64,000 nucleotides of DNA, taken from positions 71,134 to 135,133 of the forward strand of contig JBDTSL010000002.1 in assembly GCA_039931165.1 (NCBI GenBank), read 5' to 3'. The position numbers and the translations under genes were made by a program. The DNA comes from Candidatus Doudnabacteria bacterium (GTDB lineage: Bacteria > Patescibacteriota > Doudnabacteria > UBA920 > O2-02-FULL-48-8). This document shows, one piece after another, positions 30,001 to 37,615 of this stretch (the stretch's first letter is position 1; each line of letters opens with the position of its first letter). The notes beneath the pieces were generated by a model that made no database searches, was not told where the DNA came from, and saw only the letters and a program-made list of their open reading frames with translations.

Positions 30001-30305
30001 TTTTCTTTAAGTGTCGAAGTTTTTAGCTTGCTAGGATGTTTAAATTCAATAACAAATGCCCCGTACTTACTGTCGATTCTTCCTTGAGCAATATGCCTTT
30101 CTGTTCCGACGAATTTTTCTTTTTCAGGATAATACTTAAGACCAAGTTCGTTATTAATGAAGGAAAAAAGATTTAGTTCAAAACTGCTGACAACGGTTGC
30201 TTCATTTTCAGCAGTTTCGGAGCGCCTTTTAATAGCTAAAACAAGGCCCGGGAGCTTATTTCGATAGTCTGTAGAATATAATTTCTTAGTTACTGATTCA
30301 TTCAT
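27048..30305 (-). CDS. Type IIG restriction-modification fusion (PD-(D/E)XK nuclease + N6-adenine methyltransferase + TRD)
   Basis: GRIDS...IEFK, QLEDYL, GEFYTP, LDPTSGSGTF, VGNPPW. The ATG at 30305 is preferred over the TTG at 30380. Confidence 0.9.
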   Translation of the reverse strand: MNESVTKKLYSTDYRNKLPGLVLAIKRRSETAENEATVVSSFELNLFSFINNELGLKYYPEKEKFVGTERHIAQGRIDSKYGAFVIEFKHPSKLKTSTLKEKASSQLEDYLRGLNVKNPTDYLGLVTDGVICRFIRSEGGQIYTEAWMDISPTSLDRLVKTIILLEQIALTSDNLIRDFCEPLDDNLAKQLTKVFYKTLLDEMKPKTEMLFEEWQELFKLSHDDTSQQRDLQDRRKELSTAIDVGIKTNREEYLALYALQTTYALIVKLIAFKVVSKIYFNKNIFEFGDIAQANSAVLQMKMLSLEDGEIFRTIGINNLLEGDYFSWYASKQQWSKEIHKKIVEVVQVLSKYEDKVLVHEQVRTHDLFKELYQHIVPSKVRHSLGEFYTPAWLADNLVLESISQLKKKDNWRMLDPTSGSGTFLIVGIQKVLEETQSENRTDRIKEILSRVKGIDLNPLSVLTGRVNYFINTAHLIEEGIRFNIPIYLGDSSYVPEPQKIKDVECLGYHIKTLKGSIDIVLPKSVVSNTDRFSQTMTEIEYDIKSLDWSAVATKIKGLANSKELIPEISEKIDELAKKFIDLEKNEWNGIWARIVTNFLTTASLGRFELIVGNPPWIDWRNLPEGYRNRIKSLCIERHLFSGDGLTGGINLNVCALIANVAADNWLNKNGILAFLMPQNLMLLQTYEGFRNFYLSNGERLYFQNIFDWTKAGHPFQPVQHKFLTYFISDKVTDYEKGIDVSFFIKKSGNKIEKINEHIRYDEVRDSFRIEHKLMGQCIKGSTNFSYADSSKDLEQFRVISGKSSYIGREGVEFYPQELFLFEIDDEMPKRKNEIYLNNYQNEHSKHKIPAQDVLFEKMFVYPLIKGINIERYHLNVDSEFVVPFPYEKSFSTRVPLILSELRKKSPNLAKYILDNKAAIEAQTAYNEKIIGKREKEFYALARVGAYSFAKTYVTFRDNTKWQAAVVEEIETDWGGKKRPVFQNHAVSMCEREDGEFISTDEAHFVCAILNAPITQRFITNSSDSRSFKIRPPVFIPRYSKSNQRHKQLSDFSKLAHKNYSDEKTIINIDKMVNQTYLEICRLENK

Positions 30306-30436
30306 GATGTTATCTAACAAAATAGCGGCTAGTTTACCCGTTTTCTGATTTAATTCTAAACCAAATACGGCCAGACTCAAACGAGTTTACTTCTTCCAAT
30401 TATTGATCCGACTTCGCCAAAGTCTTGTCTGACAAG

Positions 30437-30613
30437 TCAATTTTTCCAGTCTTTAATTATCAAATGCCTGCCCTGGAGTTTGACTACCACCTTCTGTTTC
30501 TCGCGCCAGCCGAGTTTTTCAATCATTTCTATAGGCAAAGTCACGGCTAAAGACTTCTTGCCAAGGCGAGTTATCTTGCGAATATTCTGTTCACTTTGTT
30601 TTCTGACTCCCAT
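30437..30613 (-). CDS. AbrB/MazE/SpoVT-family DNA-binding protein (58 aa, not in the ORF track)
   Basis: MGVRKQSEQNIRKITRLGKKSLAVTLPIEMIEKLGWREKQKVVVKLQGRHLIIKDWKN. Confidence 0.88.
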   Translation of the reverse strand: MGVRKQSEQNIRKITRLGKKSLAVTLPIEMIEKLGWREKQKVVVKLQGRHLIIKDWKN

Positions 30614-30686
30614 GGAATTACATATTTAATTACGTAATTAAAAACCATTGCGATTTGCCTTTATTCTGGCATAATTTTATTTTTAA

Positions 30687-31907
30687 TCAAATCTCTACCG
30701 GCTGCCGCGGGCGGAGGGAAAGTCCGAACAGCAACAGGAGCATTCCCAAAGACGCCATGACCCAGCTCAAGCTCACTTTATCAGCCAAAATTCCAACTAT
30801 TATGGTGGGCAGGGTGGCCGCCACCTGGAGCAGGATATTCAGGGTCCCGTAAATCCGGCCGCGGAGATGCGACAGGGCATAAGTTTGGAGCAGAGAATGA
30901 CTGGGAGCGAATATATGAGCGTTAAAAAACCCGATGGCGAAGGCGATAATTGAATAATATACATACCTGTAAGTAAAGTATTCGATCAAAGACAAAGCCA
31001 TGATCATGGCGCCCATTCCGATAAATCCGGCAAAAATCAGAGTTTTTTTCGAAAAACGCCGCTCTTCTACACCCAAAAGCAGGGATCCGATCAAAATCCC
31101 AATTCCCAGAGGCGCGACCACAAGCAAAGAGCCTCTGTTCAAATTAATGCCGATCTCCTGCTGCATGAAAGCCGGCGCGATCGTGATCATCATGCCGTTG
31201 ACCACTTGAATCGCGATCAGGCTCATCAGCGGAAAATGCAGGGTTTTGTTTTCCAGCGCGTGCCTGATCCCTTCCATGATCTCATGCCAAATTTTGACCA
31301 ATGAAAAAGTATTATTCGTCTTTCTTTCCGGCGGCAAGGCAGGAAGGGATAGTGTCGCCAATCCGGCCAGGATCAAAAGAATAACGCCCAAAAAATACGG
31401 AGCGCTCTGGCCAAAAGCCAGGATTACCGGGCCAGCCGCGGCAAATCCCACGATCAATGCCACGCTTCCGGTAAAAGCAAAATAGCTGTTGGCAATTAAA
31501 ATCTGCTCCTTCGGCACCAACATCGGGATCGAAGGCGCTTCGGCGGGAATATAAAACTGATTCAGGGAAGAATACAGAAAAGTGATAATGATCAGGCCAG
31601 AAATATTGTCGCCGACCAAAAAATACAGACCAATGCTCGCGGCCTGGAGAAAATTTATTACGGTCAGGATCCATTTGCGGTCAAACCGGTCGGAAAAAGC
31701 CCCGGCTATGCTTCCAAAAAAAATCGTGCCCAGGCCGAACGCAATGATGATCAGCGAAACCGAAACCGACGAATTGGTCAGCTGAAAAACTTTGATCAGA
31801 ATGGCAAAGCTCAACAGGTAATTGGTCAGCTGGGAAGCAGCCTGTGAGATCCAAAGCTTGGTGAAGTCCCAGTTCTTGAGTACCGCCAAATATGATTTGA
31901 AGCTCAT
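30687..31907 (-). CDS. MFS transporter
   Basis: About 12 TM segments; motif A GAFSDRFDRK; LRGRIYG. Confidence 0.92.
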   Translation of the reverse strand: MSFKSYLAVLKNWDFTKLWISQAASQLTNYLLSFAILIKVFQLTNSSVSVSLIIIAFGLGTIFFGSIAGAFSDRFDRKWILTVINFLQAASIGLYFLVGDNISGLIIITFLYSSLNQFYIPAEAPSIPMLVPKEQILIANSYFAFTGSVALIVGFAAAGPVILAFGQSAPYFLGVILLILAGLATLSLPALPPERKTNNTFSLVKIWHEIMEGIRHALENKTLHFPLMSLIAIQVVNGMMITIAPAFMQQEIGINLNRGSLLVVAPLGIGILIGSLLLGVEERRFSKKTLIFAGFIGMGAMIMALSLIEYFTYRYVYYSIIAFAIGFFNAHIFAPSHSLLQTYALSHLRGRIYGTLNILLQVAATLPTIIVGILADKVSLSWVMASLGMLLLLFGLSLRPRQPVEI

Positions 31908-32296
31908 AAGGATTTTTTTGCCAGGGTAATATGTGGGTTTTGGGCGTAAAAAGGCTTGACCATGCCGAACCCCGGCCTGGACAATAAACCTATGAGGGAT
32001 TTTGAGCTGTTGGCTTTGACCGGCAAGATTTTAATGCCCAAGCCAAATCCCAGAGCATTGGCCACTGCCACCGAGCTCCGCGTTTTGGCAAACGGGCCGG
32101 GCCCGACCACAACCGCAAGCTTGGACAGATCGGAAAATTTGAACTTATTTTTTTTAAAAAACTTTTTGATCTCTAAAATTAACCGTTCGGATAGATTTTC
32201 GTTCACAAACTTATGTTCGGCCAAAAAATTTTCGGACACTATAGCTAATCGGGCAAAATCATGGTCGCTGGCATCGATAAAAAGTATTTTTTGCAT
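31904..32296 (-). CDS. tsaB: Short TsaB (t6A dimerisation subunit)
   Basis: LFIDAS...LAVVVGPGPFAKTR...ANAL...PFY..PHIT. Confidence 0.8.
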   Translation of the reverse strand: MQKILFIDASDHDFARLAIVSENFLAEHKFVNENLSERLILEIKKFFKKNKFKFSDLSKLAVVVGPGPFAKTRSSVAVANALGFGLGIKILPVKANSSKSLIGLLSRPGFGMVKPFYAQNPHITLAKKSL

Positions 32297-32316
32297 TCAA
32301 TTTATTTCTTAAGCGA

Positions 32317-32413
32317 GGATGCTGGTTGCAAAAGAATTGCGAAGGCCGTCTTAATCGGCCGAGCCTTAGCGAAAATTTTAATTAAAATTTTCGCGTCTTT
32401 TCAAACAGCATCC
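32317..32413. repeat. ~97-bp branched palindromic element
   Basis: Ends GGATGCTG/CAGCATCC; internal perfect palindrome GCGAAAATTTTAATTAAAATTTTCGC. Confidence 0.7.
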
Positions 32414-32421
32414 GAGCGGCT

Positions 32422-32991
32422 TCATGACGCTTCTTCCCATTTATGGCTTTTTTCCCTGTCATTAACGCGGATAAGCTTAATGACTTTGTCCACCAGGCGC
32501 TTGGGATCATCATCAAACACGATCCGCTTCCGGCCGCGCTTCGCCAATTTCAAAATGTGGTCGATGTCCTGCTCAATCCCGCCTGTTTTGGTCAAAACCC
32601 CGACCACTCTGCGGTCTTCGAAGGCCGTAGTGAATTCATTCAGTGTGCCGATCCTGCCGCAAACCACGATCACTCCGTCCGAGGACCTGGTCATGAGCAT
32701 ATTCCGTCCGGAATAATCGAACCCCGTATAAATAATCAGGTCCATGTAGTTGGTTGGCAGATGGTATGTGTTGACGTGGGCTTGCTTGGACACGGCCGGC
32801 GACAGCCCGATTGAAATCCCTCCCACGGATTTCGCGCCCCGAGTGGCCCAAGCCGTCACTCCGATCGTGGCTCCGGTGACCAAAACGCAGCCATGCAACG
32901 CGACTTGCCTGCCAACTTCAAAAGCTTTTTTATACGCGCCGCGAGTACAATTGTTTTCGGCGGAACCGGAAACGGCTATTTTATATTTCAT
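32422..32991 (-). CDS. LOG/SLOG-family Rossmann-fold nucleotide-binding protein
   Basis: IAVSGSA, LVTGATIG, GRNMLM, GRIGTLNEF. Confidence 0.85.
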   Translation of the reverse strand: MKYKIAVSGSAENNCTRGAYKKAFEVGRQVALHGCVLVTGATIGVTAWATRGAKSVGGISIGLSPAVSKQAHVNTYHLPTNYMDLIIYTGFDYSGRNMLMTRSSDGVIVVCGRIGTLNEFTTAFEDRRVVGVLTKTGGIEQDIDHILKLAKRGRKRIVFDDDPKRLVDKVIKLIRVNDREKSHKWEEAS

Positions 32992-32996
32992 AAAAT

Positions 32997-33053
32997 TAGG
33001 TTATAAGTTAGTAGGTTTCAGGTTATAGTCTATTACCTACAACCTATCACCTG
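32997..33053. repeat. 7-bp-periodic inverted array (AGGTTAT / CTACAAC type)
   Basis: TAGGTTATAAGTTAGTAGGTTTCAGGTTATAG...CCTACAACCTATCACCT. Confidence 0.7.
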
Positions 33054-34009
33054 TAACCTCTTAAAAGTTTTCTGCCTTGCTTATAAACATTATACCAGAT
33101 TGGGGAAAAGATCAGGTCAAAACTGCCAGGATAATTTACTTCAAACCCGCCGAAGCCTTTTTTAAACCTGGTGATGCCGGCCCAGGAATGATCTTTTTCT
33201 CCATCGGGGGCAATGCCGCCGAAATCATAAAATTTCATGCCGGAATTTTTAGCCAGCTTGATGGCTTCCCAGTGCAGAACATAAGGAGACATGGCTTCTT
33301 TCATCTTCACCGATGTTCCGCCGTGCAGGTAGGTGGCGGTGGATCCGAATAAGGTCAGGATCATGGCGGACAGAGCCTGTCCTTTATATTCCGCGATCAA
33401 AATTTTCAAATACTGCGGCTCCAGATGCTCCCACATCTTAAAATAATAATCCTGCGGGTGCAGTTTTATCTTATTTCTCCCGGCGGTTTCCATGAACAAT
33501 TGCCAGACCTGGATCAGATCCTGCCAGCCGGCCTGACGCACAGTGACACCTTTGCGCTGGGCGAGATTGATGTTGTATCGGGTTTTTGGTTTCATCGAGA
33601 TCAGTAATTCTTCCTCGGTTTTTTCTCCGCCAGAGGCGGATCCGCCTTCGGCGGACAAACTCAGCATCCAATTATTCACCGGCTGGATGTCTTTGACAGC
33701 GCGCGGCAAGCGTACGATTTGCCCCGGTTCAACGCGAGAAAAAATAATCGAATGATCGGAATCCAATTTTTTCAGATCATCCAGAGCCGCATCGATATTC
33801 CCCAGAGGTCCGCGCGGGCAGTAGACGAATTTTTTGCCTAGAGGCAGATCCGTCTCGATTCCCAAATTCACAAAGTCATCCCCGGAAAAACGGTGAATTT
33901 TTTGGCCCAAGGACTGCTGAAATTCGCCCCAAGCGAAAGATTGCAAAATCGAGCCGCCGAGCTCGATTGTTTTTTTGTCCCATAATTCTTGGGTGAGGTT
34001 TGATATCAT
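33047..34009 (-). CDS. FemAB/FemX-family peptidoglycan bridge aminoacyltransferase
   Basis: LQSFAWGEFQ, YCPRGP, KTRYNI, YDFGG, ITRFKKGFGG. Confidence 0.92.
   Translation of the reverse strand: MISNLTQELWDKKTIELGGSILQSFAWGEFQQSLGQKIHRFSGDDFVNLGIETDLPLGKKFVYCPRGPLGNIDAALDDLKKLDSDHSIIFSRVEPGQIVRLPRAVKDIQPVNNWMLSLSAEGGSASGGEKTEEELLISMKPKTRYNINLAQRKGVTVRQAGWQDLIQVWQLFMETAGRNKIKLHPQDYYFKMWEHLEPQYLKILIAEYKGQALSAMILTLFGSTATYLHGGTSVKMKEAMSPYVLHWEAIKLAKNSGMKFYDFGGIAPDGEKDHSWAGITRFKKGFGGFEVNYPGSFDLIFSPIWYNVYKQGRKLLRGYR
33626..33655. mobile_element. 30-bp twin-hairpin insertion in femAB (in-frame SAEGGSASGG)
   Basis: TCCGCC-AGA-GGCGGA TCCGCC-TTC-GGCGGA. Confidence 0.85.
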
Positions 34010-34010
34010 A

Positions 34011-34577
34011 TTATCTTTGCAGTGCTTTCAGCGCCATTTTTACTTTCGCCTGCAAATTCGAGATCTCTAGGGGCACGGTTTTCAGGGCGTCCCTGGCTTC
34101 CTGCTGCGAATAACCCAAACTGACCAAGGCATCCATAGCATCCGAGTGTTCTTTCGCCACAGGCATGGATGACTTTTCGTCTTTCAATTTTTCTTTCAAT
34201 TCGACTATTACCCGCTCCGCGGTTTTGCGGCCGATGCCGGAAACTTTTGTAAACACGGACGGGTCTTCCGAGACGATCGCGGATTTGAGCATTTCGATTG
34301 ATGCCAGAGACATGATCGCCAGCGCGGATTTAGGACCTACTCCTGATACCGTCAGCAGCATTTCGAAAAATTCCATATCCGGCAAGCCGGGAAAGCCGTA
34401 CAAAGCCAGCTGGTCTTCCCGGACATGAGTATAGATCACCAGGTATAACTCCTGGTTTAATTTCAAACCTAAAAGCATTACTTGCGGCAGAGCCACTTTG
34501 TAGCCCACGCCCGAGGTTTCAAGGATGATGTAATTCGCTCCCTTTTGTGTAACTTTTCCTTTAAGTGATCCGATCAT
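34011..34577 (-). CDS. ruvA: Holliday junction branch migration protein RuvA
   Basis: GVGYKV, HVRED..LYGF, VSGVGPK, GIGRKTAER. Confidence 0.97.
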   Translation of the reverse strand: MIGSLKGKVTQKGANYIILETSGVGYKVALPQVMLLGLKLNQELYLVIYTHVREDQLALYGFPGLPDMEFFEMLLTVSGVGPKSALAIMSLASIEMLKSAIVSEDPSVFTKVSGIGRKTAERVIVELKEKLKDEKSSMPVAKEHSDAMDALVSLGYSQQEARDALKTVPLEISNLQAKVKMALKALQR

Positions 34578-34659
34578 ATAAGAGAATTATAGCAATGTCG
34601 GAGACATTGACAAAACCGGAAAATAGCATTAATATCCAAGCCTCAAGGAGGTAACGTGT

Positions 34660-34899
34660 ATGGTTAAGAAATTGAAGGAAATCCTATTGGCGGCCTGGAA
34701 TCAAATCTCGCATCCGATTCTCGTCCGTCCTCTCACAAAATTTCAACACGCGAATTGTTTTTACTGCGGAAGGGTTGCGACACACGAAGCCGTCCTCGAA
34801 CCGCACACGGTAAAATGTTGCAAACGGTTTGATTGTACTATCGCGGCCAAGAAGCAGTTGCAGGAGATGGATTTGCGCCTGAATTCACGCCTCCAGTAA
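34660..34899 (+). CDS. Small Cys-rich hypothetical protein
   Basis: CFYCG...CCKRFDC; TTGACA-N17-TAATAT promoter and AAGGAGG RBS. Confidence 0.7.
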   Translation: MVKKLKEILLAAWNQISHPILVRPLTKFQHANCFYCGRVATHEAVLEPHTVKCCKRFDCTIAAKKQLQEMDLRLNSRLQ

Positions 34900-34971
34900 C
34901 CTGGAACGCGTGATTTTTTTATTGCCGTCACTATACAAGGCTCTATTAATTTTGCTATAATAAAATTTGCT

Positions 34972-36972
34972 ATGAAATTCCAACTTCAATCCGAATTCAA
35001 ACCCGCGGGCGACCAGCCGCAGGCCATTGAAAAACTGGTCAAGGGCCTGGAAAAAAAATACCGTTACCAAACCTTGCTCGGCGTTACCGGTTCAGGCAAG
35101 ACTTTTACCATGGCCAATATCGTACAGCAGGTCCAGCGGCCGACATTAATAATTTCCCACAACAAAACCTTAGCCGCCCAGCTCGCCTCGGAGTTTACGG
35201 ATTTTTTTCCGGATAATGCCGTGCATTACTTCGTCTCATACTACGATTACTACCAGCCGGAGGCCTACATCCCCCGTTCTGACACATATATCGAAAAAGA
35301 AACCCAGATCAACGAAGAGATCGACAAATTGCGGAACGCAGCCACGCAAAGCCTGCTGTCGCGCAAGGATGTTTTGATCGTCGCTTCCGTGTCCTGCATT
35401 TACGGCCTTGGCAATCCCGGCAATTACTTGGAACTGTCCATTCCGCTGAAAGTCGGCCAGGAAATCAAGCGCGATAAATTCCTGCGGCGCCTGACTGATC
35501 TGCAGTTTTTACGCAATGACATAAATCTGACCCGCGGCACTTACCGCGTGCGGGGGGATGTCATTGAATTCATCCCGGCATCGGCGGACAAGATCACCAG
35601 GCTGAATTTTAACGGCGACGAGCTGGAAAAAATCTCGGAGCACGATCCGCTGACCGGCCAAGATTTCGGCAATCTAGCTGAACTGACTATTTTCCCGGCC
35701 AAACATTTCGTCACGCCCAAAGAAAAACTGTTCGCCGCCGTCGGCAACATCCGCAATGAGCTGGCTGATCAGATTAAATTTTTTAAATCGCAAGGCAAGG
35801 ACATCGAAGCCCAGCGCATCGAACAGCGGACGAACTTTGACATCGAAATGATGCTGGAAACCGGTTTCGTCGCCGGTATCGAAAACTACTCGCGGCAGTT
35901 GGATTTCCGCAAACCCGGCGAGCCGCCGAGCACCCTGCTCGATTATTTTCCGGATGATTTTCTGCTTTTCATCGACGAATCGCACATCACCCTGCCGCAG
36001 ATCTCCGGCATGTATCTCGGCGACCAGTCGCGGAAAAAAACTCTGGTCGATTACGGGTTCAGGCTGCCCTCCGCCATGGACAACCGGCCGCTGCAGTTCG
36101 AGGAATTCGAAAAAAAAATCGGCCAGACGATATTCGTCTCCGCCACTCCGGTTCAGGACCGGGAGATAAAAATTTCGAAAGTCGTGGCCGAGCAGCTGAT
36201 CCGGCCGACAGGGCTGCTTGATCCCGAAATTGAGATCCGCCCGACCAAAAACCAGATCGACGACCTGATGGAAGAGATCCAAAAAAGGGTCAAGAAAAAA
36301 CAGCGCGTGCTGGTCACGACCCTGACCAAAAATATGGCCGAGGAACTGTCGCAATATCTGGTGGAGTACGGCATCCGCGGGCAATACCTCCACGCCGACA
36401 TCGAGACTTTGGAGCGCCTGGAGATCCTGCGCGACCTGAGATTGGGAGTTTACGATGTGGTGGTCGGCATCAACCTGCTGCGTGAAGGTTTGGATTTACC
36501 GGAAGTATCCTTGGTCGCGATCTTGGATGCGGATAAAGAAGGATTTTTGCGCTCGGAAACTTCCCTGATCCAGACCATGGGCCGCGCTTCGCGCCACGTC
36601 GAAGGCCATGTCATCATGTACGCGGACAAGATCACGGGTTCGATGCAACGCGCCATGGATGAAGTTGAGCGCCGGCGCAAACTTCAGATAGCGTACAACA
36701 AAAAGCATGGCATTACTCCTCAAAGCATCATCAAAGCCATCAAAGAAACCCGGCTGGCCGGCAAGAAAGCCGAAGAAGAAAAAACCGAGGCTCTAAAGGA
36801 AATGGACCTGACCCGGATGACCAAACAGGACATTGCCTATGCCATCGAAGAACTGCGCGACCAGATGGATATGGCTTCGCGCAATCTGGATTTCGAAAAA
36901 GCCGCCGCTCTGCGCGACCAGATCACCGCCATCCGAACCAAAACCCGGATGAAAAAACATAAGTTTAAATAA
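34972..36972 (+). CDS. uvrB: Excinuclease ABC subunit B
   Basis: [32 protein letters not shown]-terminal UVR motif. Confidence 0.98.
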   Translation: MKFQLQSEFKPAGDQPQAIEKLVKGLEKKYRYQTLLGVTGSGKTFTMANIVQQVQRPTLIISHNKTLAAQLASEFTDFFPDNAVHYFVSYYDYYQPEAYIPRSDTYIEKETQINEEIDKLRNAATQSLLSRKDVLIVASVSCIYGLGNPGNYLELSIPLKVGQEIKRDKFLRRLTDLQFLRNDINLTRGTYRVRGDVIEFIPASADKITRLNFNGDELEKISEHDPLTGQDFGNLAELTIFPAKHFVTPKEKLFAAVGNIRNELADQIKFFKSQGKDIEAQRIEQRTNFDIEMMLETGFVAGIENYSRQLDFRKPGEPPSTLLDYFPDDFLLFIDESHITLPQISGMYLGDQSRKKTLVDYGFRLPSAMDNRPLQFEEFEKKIGQTIFVSATPVQDREIKISKVVAEQLIRPTGLLDPEIEIRPTKNQIDDLMEEIQKRVKKKQRVLVTTLTKNMAEELSQYLVEYGIRGQYLHADIETLERLEILRDLRLGVYDVVVGINLLREGLDLPEVSLVAILDADKEGFLRSETSLIQTMGRASRHVEGHVIMYADKITGSMQRAMDEVERRRKLQIAYNKKHGITPQSIIKAIKETRLAGKKAEEEKTEALKEMDLTRMTKQDIAYAIEELRDQMDMASRNLDFEKAAALRDQITAIRTKTRMKKHKFK

Positions 36973-37062
36973 GCCTTAACCTTGAACATTAATCAAAAAC
37001 TTGCTATTCTTTGTAAGCTAATCAGAGGTGTCGCCCTGAAATGCAATTTTTTAACTTTATTA

Positions 37063-37193
37063 TTTACGAACAAAATTAGGTGCGCAGTCCCGACCTGTCG
37101 GGGCGAGCACGAATTTTGTTCGAGAGGAGCAGTGAGGATACCGTAGCGCATTCCGACAAATCGGGATCGCGAAGGTAATCCCAACTGCGACGA
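37063..37193 (+). repeat. Structured leader element, copy 2 (directly before the rpsT ATG)
   Basis: Matches 9062-9181; promoter TTGAAC-N17-TATTCT at 36982-37010. Confidence 0.85.
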
Positions 37194-37194
37194 C

Positions 37195-37458
37195 ATGCCC
37201 AATACTAAATCTGCCATGAAAGCCATGCGCCAGAATGCCAAACGGCGCATTACCAATCTGAAAGCCCTGGACGCTATCCGGAAAACCGTGAAGAATGTCC
37301 GCAAGCTGGCGGAGGCCGGAAACAAATCGGATGCTCACAAAGCTCTGTCTGCCGCCTTTGCCGCGCTCGATAAGGCTGCCAAAAAGAACATCATCCATAA
37401 AAATAACGCGTCCCGCCGAAAAGCCCGCCTCGCGCAAATGGTCGGAAAACTCAAGTAA
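37195..37458 (+). CDS. rpsT: 30S ribosomal protein S20
   Basis: MPNTKSAMKAMRQ...DKAAKKNIIHKNNASRRKARL. Confidence 0.97.
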   Translation: MPNTKSAMKAMRQNAKRRITNLKALDAIRKTVKNVRKLAEAGNKSDAHKALSAAFAALDKAAKKNIIHKNNASRRKARLAQMVGKLK

Positions 37459-37481
37459 ATTTTTTAAACCGCCTCTTGCAT

Positions 37482-37612
37482 CCATCGCGAGCGGCGGTTT
37501 TAGTTTGGGTTATATTTAGCCGCCGCGTGGCGATCTAACACAAGGATTGGATTGCTTCGTCGGCCGCCAAGCTAATTCTTTTTCAGAACACCCGGCCTCC
37601 TCGCAAAGACGG
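37482..37612 (-). repeat. RPE-like palindromic element
   Basis: CGCGAGCG...CGCGTGGCGATCT...GATTGCTTCGTCG...CCTCGCAAAGAC. Confidence 0.8.
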
Positions 37613-37615
37613 TGT

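Larger units (their letters stand above)
26992..30640. mobile_element. Inverted-repeat-bounded cassette carrying an AbrB-like gene and a type IIG R-M gene
   Basis: 26992-27017 is the exact reverse complement of 30615-30640; AAAAC lies on both outer sides; interior is AT-rich. Confidence 0.75.
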
